A DNA stretch of 64,000 nucleotides from Botryllus schlosseri. Taxonomy: Eukaryota. Shown here in pieces: positions 13,215 to 28,200 of this stretch. The translations under genes were made by a program, and so were the position numbers. The notes under the pieces are model-generated. The model was not told the DNA's origin. It saw only the letters and a list, made by a program, of their open reading frames with translations, and ran no database searches. The number at the start of each line of letters is the position of its first letter. Position 1 is the first letter of the stretch. Where the stretch lies: NCBI GenBank assembly GCA_051294905.1, contig CM119380.1, forward strand, positions 20,584,001-20,648,000, written 5' to 3'.

Positions 13215-16200
13215 GTTAAGATGTTTCTTACTTTAAGGTTTTCTTGGGTCGTGTACGCCTTGTGTAAAACATGATAGCGTTGGCTTTTGCTAGACAAGGA
13301 CCCTTTAATTTGACCTTCCGCGCCGTAATATGGTCGTGTTGTGTGATACGCCCGGCTGACTTTTGAACGTAAAACTAGAACATCACTACAACAATTTCGA
13401 GTCCACTCGTGTTGTTTTTATGCGGCTAATGTATTGATAACACCACCAAACTGTATGGTACGTACATACGCCGGTTCCTTTAGTGCGTGAGTTCTCGGAA
13501 TATTCTTAACTCACTTGACAAATAAGGATCTTATTTTGGATGCGTTATGGTTGTGGTTTTGAATGGCATTTTCGAACAGAACCGTACTGTATCGAAATGA
13601 AAATGCGTACAGAGTTTAATGGTAACCTCGTTACGTTACAGACGCGTGTTCCCGTTGAGAACCGCTTACTTTGGCGTAAACCAATAGTAATGTGATATTT
13701 AATCAAGCGATCGTCATACCGCCGGCGGTCGCCGCATATAATGTCACGATGACGAGATCCTATGACATACAATACTCTGTTTGGCTTGCCGTCACGCCCT
13801 GACTCGGTCGTATTCAGTTTTGGCGGCATGGGTAGCAGATCGTAACCGTAAGCGGCTATGTCGATTATTTACTGTGGAATTACCAGCTCTTGCTTACAGC
13901 ACTTGCTGTAATGTGTTCGTAGTTGTAGCGGTCCTAGTTTTAATCCGAAAATGAGTTACTGCATCGGGGTGATGCTGTAGCCAGAGAATCCTTGACACAC
14001 TTTTTAATCTGTCAAACTGTTTACTTGGTCATGTTACACTCCTACCGTCTTATATGAACACAATAAGCGGAAAATCCTGCGAAAATATGAGTTTGAAAAG
14101 CGCATTTGCAATTGCCGACTAATGCAATATGCAAGCTATTCCTACATCGTCGTTGTTCAACTCCTGTATTATTAATGTCCACCGTGGATTAAATGCAGCG
14201 AGTCGGTGCATGGAACATCGGATTTTACATGCGTCCATTGATGATTAGATTGCATATTTACGATATTTATCGAAACATCGCAGCCGTTTGTAACCACGAA
14301 TTCCTCATGCACGCAAATTTCTAAATGCAACATTACTTGATATTCCTAATCCTCTAAACCCTCAAACAGCCACACAACGCACATGCACATTTTTTTTGTA
14401 CAAGCGATGTGACCGTGCGCCATTTATTTTCGCAGACGAGCGCGACAGAGTACAGAAGAAAACCTTCACCAAGTGGATAAATCAATATCTAGTCAAGGTA
14501 TGATAGACGAAATGATTAGATTAAATAACTTCGCCGACTATGCCTGCCGGCGCAGATTTCGCGTATTCTTATTTTTGCTCCGCATTCACGCCGACCGCAG
14601 ATTGCAAATGACTTCACTGTATTGAGATTGGTGTATGTGTTTCGCAGAGTCGCAGACAAGTCGACAATCTGTACGAAGATTTGAGAGATGGTCACAACCT
14701 AATCGCTTTGCTTGAAGTTCTCTCAGGAGAAACACTGGTAAGCGCGATGTGCTTTTGTCAATCAAGTCCGTCACGATGTGGTGAAACGTATGATATTTTC
14801 GTTGAGTTATCTAGATATCCCGGGTGTAACGTTTATAGATAGTGTTTGCCATCGACATAGGTGAATAACAAGGACAGACAATCAAACAGAACGCTAAATT
14901 AGTTAACGGATGACTAAAAAAGTCAACACAACGTTTGTCCTGTCCAGTTCCTAATGTCACCTGCACACGGCCTTATTGCTTAGCTGATGACTACGCAATT
15001 ACGGCCATATTCTCAAAATTAAAGACAAACTTACTGTAGATAGGTAAAAAATAAAAAAGGCCAATAATAAGGACAAGTCTGAAAAACAAGGATGGAATTG
15101 CAATCCTGTGTGTAGATTCGACTACCTACTAACTTCAAATCTCATCACTCACGTGACGACATTTTTATTGACGTATTTGCGAAGCTGGATATAATCAATT
15201 TATTTTACTACTTTTATGGCTTTATTGCGGTTCTTTGAACTCATTGCCTGATATATTGGTGCAATTAGCATTTTCCTCCAAATGTGACTCCTCTTCTGTG
15301 TCTTCTCTCTCGTATCTGTCTCGCATTCCCGTTCTCCAGAACCTTCGTTTGGCCGAAACGGAAGGAATTAAATGATAGCGCCTCCGTTCAGCCGTGCGTA
15401 ATGACCGGCTTAACTTCGCGGCGACCTTTTCCATTGTCGCTGACTTTTGCCGGTTTGAATAGGCCAATCGCCGTCGTGCTCTTTCCTAGACGTTCACGCC
15501 AGGCTCTTTTATTGTACTTGAGCCCGCGATTTGATACTGTTTCGCGGAAATGGTAAATTTGTCCCTTTGTAAGCCACCCCCCCGGTAATACAGCGGTACA
15601 AATTCCAATAAACTGCTCATCTTGTGGGAACTGAATTGTGCTGAACAAGGTACGAATAATCCGAAAATACCCGTGCTCGCAATGGGGCCGCGGTCCAATG
15701 ATAAATATCGCTTTGTGCGATCGTGCTATTTCTGCATTTAGTTCCACGAAATTGCTATGTGCCTCCCGGAAGGAGTTTGTTTATACAATCTCAATAATGT
15801 ATTTTTGTCGTCGTAATTATTGATATCACTGAAATAATTTGGGTTCGTGGTCAACTCTTGAACTGTCCTGTTCGCCTGTTATGTTGGTCGATATTTTTAT
15901 ATTACAAGTCAAGGCGAAGTCAATGGTAAATCACGTTCGTCAGAATATCCCAATAAATTCAACGTGAAGATCTTCTTGGAGGCACGGAAGTTTAATATAC
16001 AATTGAATAGCATATATTCATATTGAAATATACCCGAATATTTTCCGTTGGCACTCGCCAGGGGTAATCGTCAGCAACTAGTATAGACAATTAATTGGGA
16101 ACTCTCATTATGCATACCACGTATGCTAATGAAGATTTATTGTGTTCGTAGAGTTATACGCAATTAGACACATCCGGGTTACAGAAATAATGATTCTTGA

Positions 16201-19200
16201 GACAATCCAAATATTCATTTGAACGGCTGCTCGTGCTCTGTATTTCACGAGTTCAAGCGGCAAAGTATCTTCCGCAATCTATGCGTCTTCTTTTCTTCTT
16301 ATTCTGTTCTCGTCTCTTCTGAAGCCACGGGAGGGAAACTACATGGATCAAATGAGATTGGTGAGTTGTGTGATGATTTTTTGGCGAAAGTTGTGAACCT
16401 CTTCTGATATATTATGGCCATCCTTTCTTCTTTTTCTACTTTTTCTTCTGTTGTTACATTGTTGATTTTAGTGAATGATTATAATAACAAATTGATTGAT
16501 TGAATGATTGATATATGTGAGAATCGGTCTGTTATTATTCAAATTTATATTATTTCATTACTGAGCTTAATTTATAATGGTCTATGTCTTTGTTTAGCCA
16601 CGCGAAAAGGGCCGAATGAGATTTCACCGACTCCAAAACGTGCAGATTGCCTTGGATTTTCTAAAAAAGCGAAAGGTACGTTTTCATGCTTACAGATTGT
16701 TCAGAATAACGATAGTAATTATATTTTTGTTGCACAACGAGGGTTGTAAATGGAGATAGCCACTCTAATTCCTTTTAAATAAATATGGCATGTAAATGTG
16801 CTCATGAAACTGAAAGGTGTGAAGTCTTATCTTACGCTGTCAACACTGCCGATGTATTTGCTTGATTCTTTCGTAAACACTTAACACGTCAGATTAGGTT
16901 TAAACTAACTTAGTTTGGCCAACATCATCTATTGAATGGATTGTAATGTTGCTATGCACTTTGTTCACCTCGTTTAATACTTTGATTGTAGTGGTTAAAC
17001 AAGGGAATACAATAAAATTATAATAATCAATGAAAAATATCAGGGTCATTGCTCATAATTACCGCATAAAGTATCTTAGTCGGCACAGTCGCACCTTACT
17101 CTCTACGTTCTACAATCTTGGCATAATTTCTCAGGTTTGATGGGTCTTATCTCTGTGTATTTGTTTAACGCGTATTTTCTGCCTTTAGTTGAAGCTTGTG
17201 AACATCAGAAACGATGACATCACAGATGGTAATCCAAAGCTCACTCTGGGTTTGATTTGGTCCATCATCCTCCATTTCCAGGTGATTGCCTACGCTAATT
17301 GTGAACTGTAGAAACATACCTTAACTCCATGTAGATTTTTTGTTTATGTCTTGTTAATTCAGATCGAGGACATAGCCGTTGAAGGTGGAGAAGATGTGTC
17401 CGCCAAGCAGGCGCTCTTGCTCTGGGCACAACGAAATATGGAAGGTTACGACATCAAAATGACTAATTTCACATCCTGCTGGAGAGATGGCAAAGCCTTC
17501 AATGCTATCATACATAGAAATCGGTAAGTGTGATATTCCTATATTAGAACTCGCCTACTTCAACGCTGATTTTTACTACCCTTTCATTGTGGTTTTTCCT
17601 CTCTCAAGATTTTAATCATCCGCTTGAAACTTGATAGAATCAGGTGATATGTATGATAACAATGCGTGCTTATTACAGTCCGGAACTTGTGGATATGGAC
17701 AAAGTTCGTAAATCGGACAATCGAACCAACCTGGAAGACGCGTTCTCCATTGCGGAAAAAGAGCTTGGCGTAACCCGCCTGCTTGATCCAGAGGGTAAAA
17801 AACTTTTTTGTGCGAACCCATGTTTTGTTACCATGTGATAAGTTGTTGAACACGTATTTCATTACATTATCTTATGAATAAAACTCTCAGTAGAAGTCCA
17901 TTCTTGGTAATGTTTATGCAATGTGCTTGCCGGCTTTTGACCACTACTTGCCCTTTTGTGTGTTCCTAGAATGTAGGGTCTGCGGTTGATTCACGTTCCA
18001 ATGGCCATTGTATGGTCAACGGAACGTCACAATGCTTGATGCGGTTCATAGAATTTCCTCATTTCAGATGTTGATGTTGAGAAACCCGACGAGCGTTCAT
18101 TGATTACGTACGTGTCGTCGGTGTACGACGCCTTCCCGAAAGTTCCGCCTTTCCCGATATCGATTACAGTTGAGGTAATGGTAGCATTTGATTCACATAC
18201 GGTCAATTGAATTTTTCGTGAAACTTGCTGACCGGCCATTTGTTAGTCCATGTGCTAATTGTGGTACAACAAATGGTTGAGAGATTAGTAATCGTTTGCA
18301 TTGTAATGACTTACGAATGCTGACTGCTGAGTCATATTTGAAGCGAATATGATGAGTGAAATAAATCGGAATAATTCGGGTTTATATGAATATGAACCTA
18401 TTATTTAATTGTATATTGAAGTTCTGTGCCCCTAAAATTCTATTCAAATACGCCAAGTAGGATTAAATTTGTGTGGTCTTACTTCATCTATCCGTGAAAT
18501 TTTGCACCCGTCAACTAATCGCATATGGCTTCAATGAATTAGGAATGAATTGAATGAAATGATACGGACAACTGCTGATAACTCCATCCCATATGATCAT
18601 AGTTCATAATCTCCACTCGTAAGTTATTAAAGCCATCCATGCCAGCTGGCCAGGCGCAGACTGCTAATTTCCCCATTTGGATTTTTGAGCCCAGTCCAGG
18701 CTAATGATGCAATGCAAAATCGTTGAATTAATAATCTATTTAAAAAATATCCATTTCGGTTAGGATGTCTGTATGCCTCAGAGATGCTCTCTCAACTCAC
18801 AAGTTACTAAAATGTATGTAAACCAAATGCATATGAAATGACAAATTTCAACATACTGTGATGCTGCAATTCATGAATATTCCGCGCCGTCGAATCGTTG
18901 TACTAGTATTTTTCAAAATAATTCTGATTGCGGTTACTAACAACTATATACGCTGGATGCGGGTGAAAAATGTCAATATTTGGATTTTTGCGGATACTAC
19001 GATGTTTGGAATATCTGTGTGCCTCATGGATGCGGTGTCATCTTTGAATCTATACCTAACCTAAACTAATCTATACCTCATAATTGCCTCTCTAACTTAG
19101 GAATGGCAGTACTCGTGGGAGGAATACCGCATCCTGGTCACATCCATCATGCAATGGATACAGAAGCAAATCGTGATACTGCGCAAACGCGACGACATTC

Positions 19201-22200
19201 CCTGCACGACCTTGAGCGACGCCAAAGATCTCATCCGCGAAATCAAGCGATTCCAAGAAGAGCCGCTGAAGGAGAAGGAGAAAGACAAAGACAACGTCCG
19301 TCCGAAATTCGACGCGCTCAAGAGCATGACGGAGCAGTCTCTGGGCAGGTTCGAAGTCCAGGAGGGTTACGAACCGGAGAAGGTGGAAGCCGCTTGGGCC
19401 GAGCTGATGGCGGCTAATGACGAGAGGGAGGCGGCTTTGTCTGCGGAGTATAGGAGGTGAGTAACTGTATTGAGTATGTCGGGCATGGGCCGTTATAGTA
19501 GGTAAATTCTAAATTCAGTTTTACCGCATGGGGTCGAATTGATTGACGTTACGACTATCTTGTACGTAATTAACGCCGTTATAATGCGGAATTAGTCCTT
19601 TTGGACCACTTGCTGAGACTGTGTAATTGCCTATGTAACCAAGTAACGGCTTCACGCCAATTAAAGCAACTCACGTTGTAGACAAGGTGTCATCGCCAGG
19701 TTTGCGAACAGGATGTTCTTTATGCCCTGGTCATCTGTATGCATGAAAGCATCACAGCCGATTAAACGTATTTTTGAATTCACATATTGAAAAAGGTTTA
19801 TCGGTTTTACATAATCTCACTTTGTGTAGGCACCGTCCCTTTCTACTTTTGATCCTGCTGCAGTTTAACCGAAATAACCCTCTTCAAATTCGAAGTAGTT
19901 TTGGTTTGTCTGTCGGAGTGAACGGTGAATTTGAGTGCGGTCAATCAACACTTCATCTCGTGACCAACCGAATGTATTTCGTATCTGTAGACTCGAAAGA
20001 CTTCATAATCTGGTGCTGAACATCAACAGGAAAGCCGCCGTTTGCAGGAAAAATCTAGAAAAAGCGGAAAAGCTAATCAAAACCGTAAGTAACTAACGTC
20101 GGCTATTTCCAGAGATGGTCAAAGTGGTCAGCATTGCTACTCAATTACAAATAAAAGTAGAGATTAACATGGGAATACACTTCATAAGTAGAAAAGGCAA
20201 GGCCGAAAGAGTACTTGAAGAGTTTCAAAATGTAGATACTAATATGTAGTATTATATGGGAAGTCGGCTACTTTCTAAATTGCCGGATGCCCGATGAATA
20301 TTCGCGAGTAACGTGAAATCACTAATGACGCTACGAATAGCTGCTATTTTCGAAAGCGTACCAAGCCACCCCGATGATGCAATATGACAATTTCACGGGT
20401 AAAGTGATGGGAACTATTTTCTACTTAACAAAATCAAAAGTAATTAATTTTGATTCAAAGCTTCCGAGTAGAATTTGAAATTGTCTAGAAACAGTAGTTA
20501 TTGAGCACGTATCGAAAATAGGCGAAATATATTGAGTGCTTTAAAAGGTAGGAGTGCCGCGTTGATGCCTATCTGCCAGAGTATTCCTATTGACAATTCG
20601 CGTTGCAGATTGAAACAGAGGGTGACGACTCAGAGGAAATCAGAAAAGAAGTCGACGCTTGCCTGGGCCCGAGCGAGGGTGACATCAAAGAAATGTTTGT
20701 CGACGTTCAAACTCTGAAAGACGAGGATTACCACCAAGCCGAGGACATGTACAAAACGTATGCATTTACCGTGCCACTCGTTTCGTACCCAATTACAGAC
20801 TTAAACAACAAGTAATTCTAGTTGTTTAATAAGACTGAAAGTTCGGTAATCTAATTACCTCATTCTAATATAATTTTTGAAATGACTCTATGTTCTAATT
20901 TTAATTCTAATCTGATTTGTGGTTGTCCTGAAAATACAAAAAGAGAATTGTGTAGTGCTAAACCATCAAGTTTATTGTGCAGACATTTGTCATTCTCATG
21001 GTTATGATGATGGACTTTTAATATGAACCGAATTTGATTCGTATTGTGTTTGTTTCTACTTGTAATTTTATTTCCGTGTTTTGCAAATTACCTAATTCTA
21101 GTTCTACTAATCTAATTTGAAAAATCTGAAAATTTTCTAGTTTGCTACCTTCACGCTATTAGTGATTGCGATTCGCGTACAGGGTGTTCCTACTGCACGA
21201 AAAATGGGTGGCGCTGAATTCTTCGTACAAACTTGCGCTGAAGAACGCTCCCAGCGTGAGGGAAGCGATCCTGCTCAAGCTCCGTCCCAAGCTGGAAGAC
21301 ACGCAAGACTACAAATCGCTGCGAGTAGCGTTGAAATGGGTCGCCGATAAAACCGTGAGTTGACACTCTTCGAAAAGGCTATAGCCTACACCGGTTGATG
21401 ACGTCTGGGAAATCTTTCAATTTCAGGACGAGGCCCAATCCTTCCCGCTTGGCAGTGACTTACCTCAAGCCGAGAAGCAGCTAAAGAAATTCAACGACAT
21501 TGGCGAAGAAGTAGAAGACTTCCAGTCGGAATTGGATAAGTGCGCTAAAGCAAAGGTGAAAATTGAACAAGATATTGATATTTTCGGTTGACACTCGTCA
21601 GGGGTAATCGTCAGCAACTAGCAGAAAGTTGAAAGGAACTTTGTATACGAACAGTCTTATCACAAAACACGATGTCACAGGCACGAAAAGTTGAATAATA
21701 ATCGAAGCGAACAGATGACTCAAGTCTCGATTATGCAGATTTTTATGCTTGCGACGTCATATTTTGCGATGCAGATGTTGATATACAAAGCTATTCATAT
21801 TGAAATGAACGCGAATATCTTCGACTGACGCTGGTCAGGGGTAATCGTCAGCAACTGCAGTAAAGGATTGAAAATAATTTAGATATCAATAGTCCCATCA
21901 CCAACTTTGACGTCACAGGCTTAACAATTCGAATAATTGGGCTCAAGTAGTCTGTTACAGTTATTGGTTCCAACTTCTGACATCGATCAGACTCCGCTTC
22001 GAACTACACCCTGGATCTGGTGGCGATGTATTGACATCATCCTGCGTTTGCTATATTTAGGCAAAATACTGATGATTACATTTCAAAATACCTAGATTTT
22101 AACTCGAAAGTCGCAATATTGTTGTTATTGTTAAATAAACAAACAAACAAAACCGCAATCACAGTGAACAGCAGCGAATCTGTAGTTGGAACAGAGAAAT

Positions 22201-25200
22201 GTTGACTCTACTCCACCAGAGATTTAGTGGTATAATATTCCATGTAAAAAATTATTCTGCCAATCCGCTGTATTTGACTTATTAACTTCACTCGTGATTG
22301 AATTTATAATAACACCCATCTTCAGGCCCGCTATGAAGACAACGCAAACGACCACAAGAAATACACCGCTGAATTGGAGCTCCTTGAAAACAACTACAGC
22401 AACCTCCAGGTAACTAGGCATTTTACGCATGCCAAGATTACCCATCCACTCAATTCCTATCATTTCCTCAGATGACCGTAAACAAGAAAGAGCATGATAT
22501 AGTTAGCCTCCTGAAATTCTTCCGGGAAGCCAACGAACATCTCACCTGGATGAACAAGGTCGACAAGGAGGAAACGAACCGGGACTTGGCACCGTACGCA
22601 TCAGACGTGACTCCTTTGAAAAATCAAAGCAAGGTCAGTCCGGTTGATTCGTGTCTTATCTGTAGTGGGCACTGAGCGATAACACAACAAATGCCCTGAA
22701 TACTTCCTTTTGACCTAAATTTTATCTTACTCGCGATCTTCAGTTATGATGGGGATGTGGTATATTTTGGGGATGGATGATTAGTGTTTTACTGTCTTTT
22801 TGTTATGTGTGGCCACTATCAGCTAGAATTATCATTGAGTCATCTGTGTTGGTAGTGGCTGCAAAATTTTCCAATGAATCAGTATTTTTGTTGCGGTAAA
22901 ATAGGTTTATGCATACAACAGCAGCTACGATACGGAAGGTCTACCAAATTCAATTTAATCCTGTATACTAAAATTAGCAATAATTTTGTTTGATGACTGG
23001 GGTGATTATTGTATTGATGTTAAATAATATCCCTTCCCACATATCTGTTTTGTCTAATTTTAATACTTTCGTCCTGATTTTTCGAGTGTTATTGACTCAC
23101 TAGCCGAATTTGGGTCGCACCCTTAGTAAGTATTAATAATAGCTGGTAAATTTCATCCGTGGTCATCAGTAGCTTTTCATTTCGTGCAGAGGTTGAAAGA
23201 AGACCTGTCGGCCAAGGAATCTCCGTACTCTGCCACCGTGAACGACGGTGAGCAACTTGTAAAAGACGAGCATCCTGCCAAAAATTCCGTCCAAACGTGC
23301 TTGGCCGCTTTGAGAAATCAACGCGAGTGGGTCGAAGGCTTGGAAGCGTGTCTGGAACAACACGTTGATATTTTCGGCGCGTATAACCAGGTATGCTATG
23401 AAGAGGGGTTGAAAAGCGTGGCAAGCGATGCGAGACATACAACATGTTATATTACATGGTGAACGCAAATCGTGATTTTAGCGAAGTTGGGTTTTGCGGG
23501 AATGGCAAATATTTATGGGAACTATAATGTAATTACAATACTTGTTGTTACATTGTAGCGCGGCGGGGCTTATTTTTTATGGGATGAAATCATAATAAAA
23601 CACGGTGATAATGACGATAATGATGATGATTTGTGAACAACTAAGGAAACCAAAAGAGTGTAAAATTTGGTTTGGAAAAATACGTACCTGTGTGTCAAAT
23701 GAATGTTAAATTCAATGATGTTTTCTGATACATGTTTCATGATACAATTGAAGTCGAATAAGTAAAATAAAGTGATATAGGAGATATATATATATTTCAC
23801 TATATAAGCCTAATTGGCACGACGCAATTATGGAATGAACTCGCGCTGCTAATTTATAATGACCAATAGCAATCTCGAGAGGTCCAATTTCTAATATGTA
23901 TTCCATTGTAATGGCAGACTGGAGTATTTGATTCTATCCAACTAATACTACCTCTGTTCGTGGATTGGATATCGTTAATTGCACCACTCGTTTCAGTTCC
24001 ACCAAGACTGCGCAAACGCAGAAAAGACTCTGCAAAATCACGAGTCTGATTTGAAGGAGAAAATGCAAGAAATCAATCAGGAAGTTTCCCCGGATAGGAC
24101 CGAGTATCTATTCAAAGAAATCTATGTAAGCTACTTTAGCCAACTTTAAAAACTGTTGAAATAGGGTGAGTTTTTATTAGCTGTCACGATTTAAGCAGAT
24201 TCGTCTCGATATCTTCTTATGTACCACGATTTTATGATACCGGTGTTGTTGTTCATCGAGTTTCTGTCTTCTTCATTTGATATATAGTTATTTGAACTGC
24301 ATATTCGTCACTGGTGAGTGGTGTTGTTATATTGAGACTGACCGTTTTAACGTTGTTCCTTTATGTCCGTCATCAGAGAGAAATCACGGTAAGTCTGCCT
24401 GCTGTGTCGATCGTGCCGATGCTTGTCTTATTATTTTCTCAATCCCCTTGTAATTTGTAGTTTCATCAAGGCTATTAGGTCTACGAGTAGCTGTCATAGT
24501 ATCCATTCATACTTCATTAGGTTGTTCTTGTTCAGATTATTCATTAGCTTTCGCCGTATTTTATGCTATTTGAACGACGCCTTCTCGTGCGCGATTTAGT
24601 GAATACGATATTGGCATATCCCCGCCTTTTACTTTTCAGAGCGTAGTAATGCTCTTTACAGCTGCAACACGCTTTCGCGTAGTTTAACCGTATTAGATTG
24701 TAGATTAGGTCGTACGTGGTCCAGTGACGTCTTGTCTTGTTAAAGGGCAGGGATGCCGTGTGTTATCCCGCAATTTAGACTTAATTCTTGCTGCGTGGCG
24801 TGTATTCCAGATTGTGCACACATTGAAAAGTTTGCAATATTTTCAAAAGCGATTGTCTAGGGTTTGATACTGTTTAAAATTCACCTAGTTTTTGCAAACT
24901 GATGACTTGCACTTTCATAATTCCCTTGTCTACTACTTCGCCTAATCGCTTTAATATTGATTTTGGATGCATTGGCGGCAATTTTGTTCTTGATCTTATA
25001 ATCCATATGTCAAATTTTAACACTACAGACGACAGTACGTTGCAGTATGTGGGATTTAAATCTTTACTCTTTGTGATCAGCAAATAAAGGGCGAACTTGA
25101 AGCTTTCAAGCCTACTGTCGACGATTTGATGGCGAGAAGCACTAACATTCCATGCGTCGAAGGTCGCCCGTTGCCTGTCCAGAGAGATGACGAAACCGTG

Positions 25201-28200
25201 CAGGCGCTATGCAGTTATAAGCAGACAGAGGTGAGCAATGCGCAATGTTGTATGCAACTGTTAAAGATTTCGTACAATTGCGGTATTTAGTTGTATTAAG
25301 GTTAAGCAAGCGTTTTCATATTTTGTGTCGAATTACGATTTTGTACAATTGCGGTATTTGGTTGTATTAAGGTTAAGCAAGCGTTTTCATATTTTGTGTC
25401 GAATTGACATGTGCAATGCCCTACCTAGCACAGGCTACTAGTTACTTGACCCAGTGTGTCGCGCATAAAGCCATAACAGCACAATATCACACCTATCAAA
25501 GAAATACATGGAGTTCTTGCCATATTATGTGTACGAAATAGCACTGCATGAAGTAATATCCAATATCAATGCAGATGCATTGACAAATAGTATAATATCT
25601 CTTACGATTTTTACATTCCAAACTTTATTTATTCATAACTTTCTACCCTTTATAAACGTCTTTATTCTTGTGACATCGAATTTACCTTCTCGTTCAGCTG
25701 GCAATAGCTAAAGGCGAAGAATGCAGACTGATGCACAAGCCCAAGCCCACGGTATGGACCGTGGTGAATTCGGTCGACCAAAAAGGCGACGCACCATCGG
25801 TGCTGTTCAATATCCCGCCGCCGAGCCCGAAATCCATCGATAGGGCCGAGGCGTTGCAGAGGGATTACGCCGATCTGGTCGATTTATGGAAAGATAATCA
25901 CGACCAGGCCAAGCTCATTATATACATCATCACACTGCAGAAGAGAATAAACGCGGTCATGTCGTGGAACATCGAATCCGTGAGTACAGAGGGTTGAAAG
26001 CTTGTGATGTGTTATATGCATTGGTAATAGAGTAGGTGTTGAAGTAGTTATCATTGGTACTAAAGAAGAAGTACTCGAACAAATATATACTTGACTAGAA
26101 GTAGAAGTAGTGATTGCTAAGGAAGTAAAAAAGTAAGTATTGAAGGCCTAGTTTTGCCTACAAAACTGAAAACTCGAGTAGACGTGGTCAAAGCAGACAT
26201 CATTTGTGCTGAAGTAGAAGTGTGACGTAAATTTTTACTCAAGTACAAAAAACAAGTAGTGATTTCCAAGTAAGTAAAAATGTGAGTATTCTGGGCCTAG
26301 TTTTGCGTGGAAATCTGAAAACTGTAATGTAGAAGTAGTCAACGTGGTCAAAGTAGTCATTGACGTTCGAGTAGAAGTAGAAGTAACATGAATTCTACTC
26401 AGTCGGTCTACAAGTAGAAGCAGTCATTTCCTAATAAGTAGCAAGTAAGTATCTTAGACTTGTGCCTGAAAACTGAAGTAAAAATAGTCAAAAATTATTT
26501 TCACTCCAAGTCCTGCGGGTGCAAGAAAAATCTACTTGAGTGCTTCGAAAAGTAGAAATACTTTGTTAGTGACCGCTTCTGATTGTTATAATGTGTTGAC
26601 AGTACCGGCTTATGTCACCCGCCGAGCGGAACAACGCGTTGAAAGAATTGAAAGACGGCCTGCGGTCTGTTGAAGAAATTCAAACGGACGATCCCAACCT
26701 GACAGTGAGAAAGGCAGCGCTCCGTAGCGACGTAGACAAGTGTATCAAACATGCTGATCATCTGGCGAAACAACTGGATAAAGGTAGGTTCTCATTGACT
26801 AGCAGCGAGCAATTTGTTTATTATTGCGTTGTGTTATTGTGTTGCGTTATTGCGTTGTGTTATTGCGTTGTGTACTGTCAGGTGATCAAGACGAGGAAAA
26901 ATGTAGAACCTACATTTCTCGGTTAAACGTCATCTTGCGAAGACTGAATACTATTGACGGCGTTGTCACCGTGCGTGTGAAGACGGCCCTGCCCAGGGAA
27001 GTCTCCAGCGTGCAACATGTTATCAATGATCATGAGGTAGGCATTTCGTGTCGCATGGTGTATCAAGAGTTATGAGCAATTAAGAAAAGGGCGGTAAAGG
27101 ACTTGGGATATACCAATTCCCACAAACATTATTACAAGTATTGTGATAGTGATAGAAAGTGTTTTTTTTCGGGCTATACTGTAATCTGTGAAAGACAGAT
27201 CCCGGAGATGTAAGACCAGAATTTCCTAGACCTGTTTTTGGTACCCATATTCGGCATTTGAGCATGCGGCGTTATAACTACAATTAGAATCCTAACGCTA
27301 TCATTGACCCAAATGCACCCATAAACCTAACTGTAATCCACGTTCTCGTGTCGCATTCCAAAATGTCGCATGCACATAATATGTCCACTGACCATGGAAA
27401 TGAAGGGTCTTGCTGTCGGCACAACTGAATCTAACTTTCATTTACGACCACCGTACTGATATTCAAGCGGGCTAATGTCTCCGTACACAAGAGCCACTCT
27501 ATGCCAGTGTTGGGATGACTCGAGTCATGACTTGACTCGAATCAGACTTGAGTCACCTTTTTCGTATGACTTGACTTGACTCGAGTCACTTTGCTAAAAT
27601 GACTTGACTTGACTTGACTCGGCGTATCAGAAATGCGATTTGACTCGTGACTCGGAGCAAAATTCACGAGTCAATTTCAAGTCATCAAGTAATCGGTGTC
27701 GATAAAAATCACTGTATCTTGCATATGTTCGGATTGTTCACGAAACGCTGGTGTAACCCTTGAAAGCGACCAATCATTCAATGATCGAGCGTTTCACAGA
27801 GCCTCGATTGTTCTCTCATAAATAAATTGATCGCAAACGAAGTGATCGAAGCTTACAGTTACGTTGTCGTAAACTCTAGTAGTAAAGTCATAAAATAGAA
27901 AAATGTCTATGTCTATTCTCTGTTCTTACCTTTACCGAACCTCTTGTTTTATTGAAATTGAATTCGAATATAGTGTATATTGTCCTCAACCATTATCGCA
28001 AGCTTGAATTTTATCATATCTATGTGTAAATGAGTGATGTATTGCATCTTATCAATTCGTTTCGCTATTCTCTATTGTGGCTGGTAACTATATAAACTAA
28101 GGCTATGCAATTACTTACGTAGATTAACAGTTCTACGTGTATGTGAGCGATACAGCGCCTTCTTGTCGGTATATTTCACTCTATATTCGTTCATTGGTTC

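Noticed and set aside
12203-13219. Stand-alone ribosomal protein S10 gene
   Set aside because: It is twice the RPS10 length, diverged and intronless, with a phase-1 donor that fits plectin exon 2.
15222-15747. Overlapping minus-strand ORFs (81 and 119 aa) as a nested gene
   Set aside because: No recognisable domain, non-ATG starts and no splice pattern; weakly possible TE relic only.
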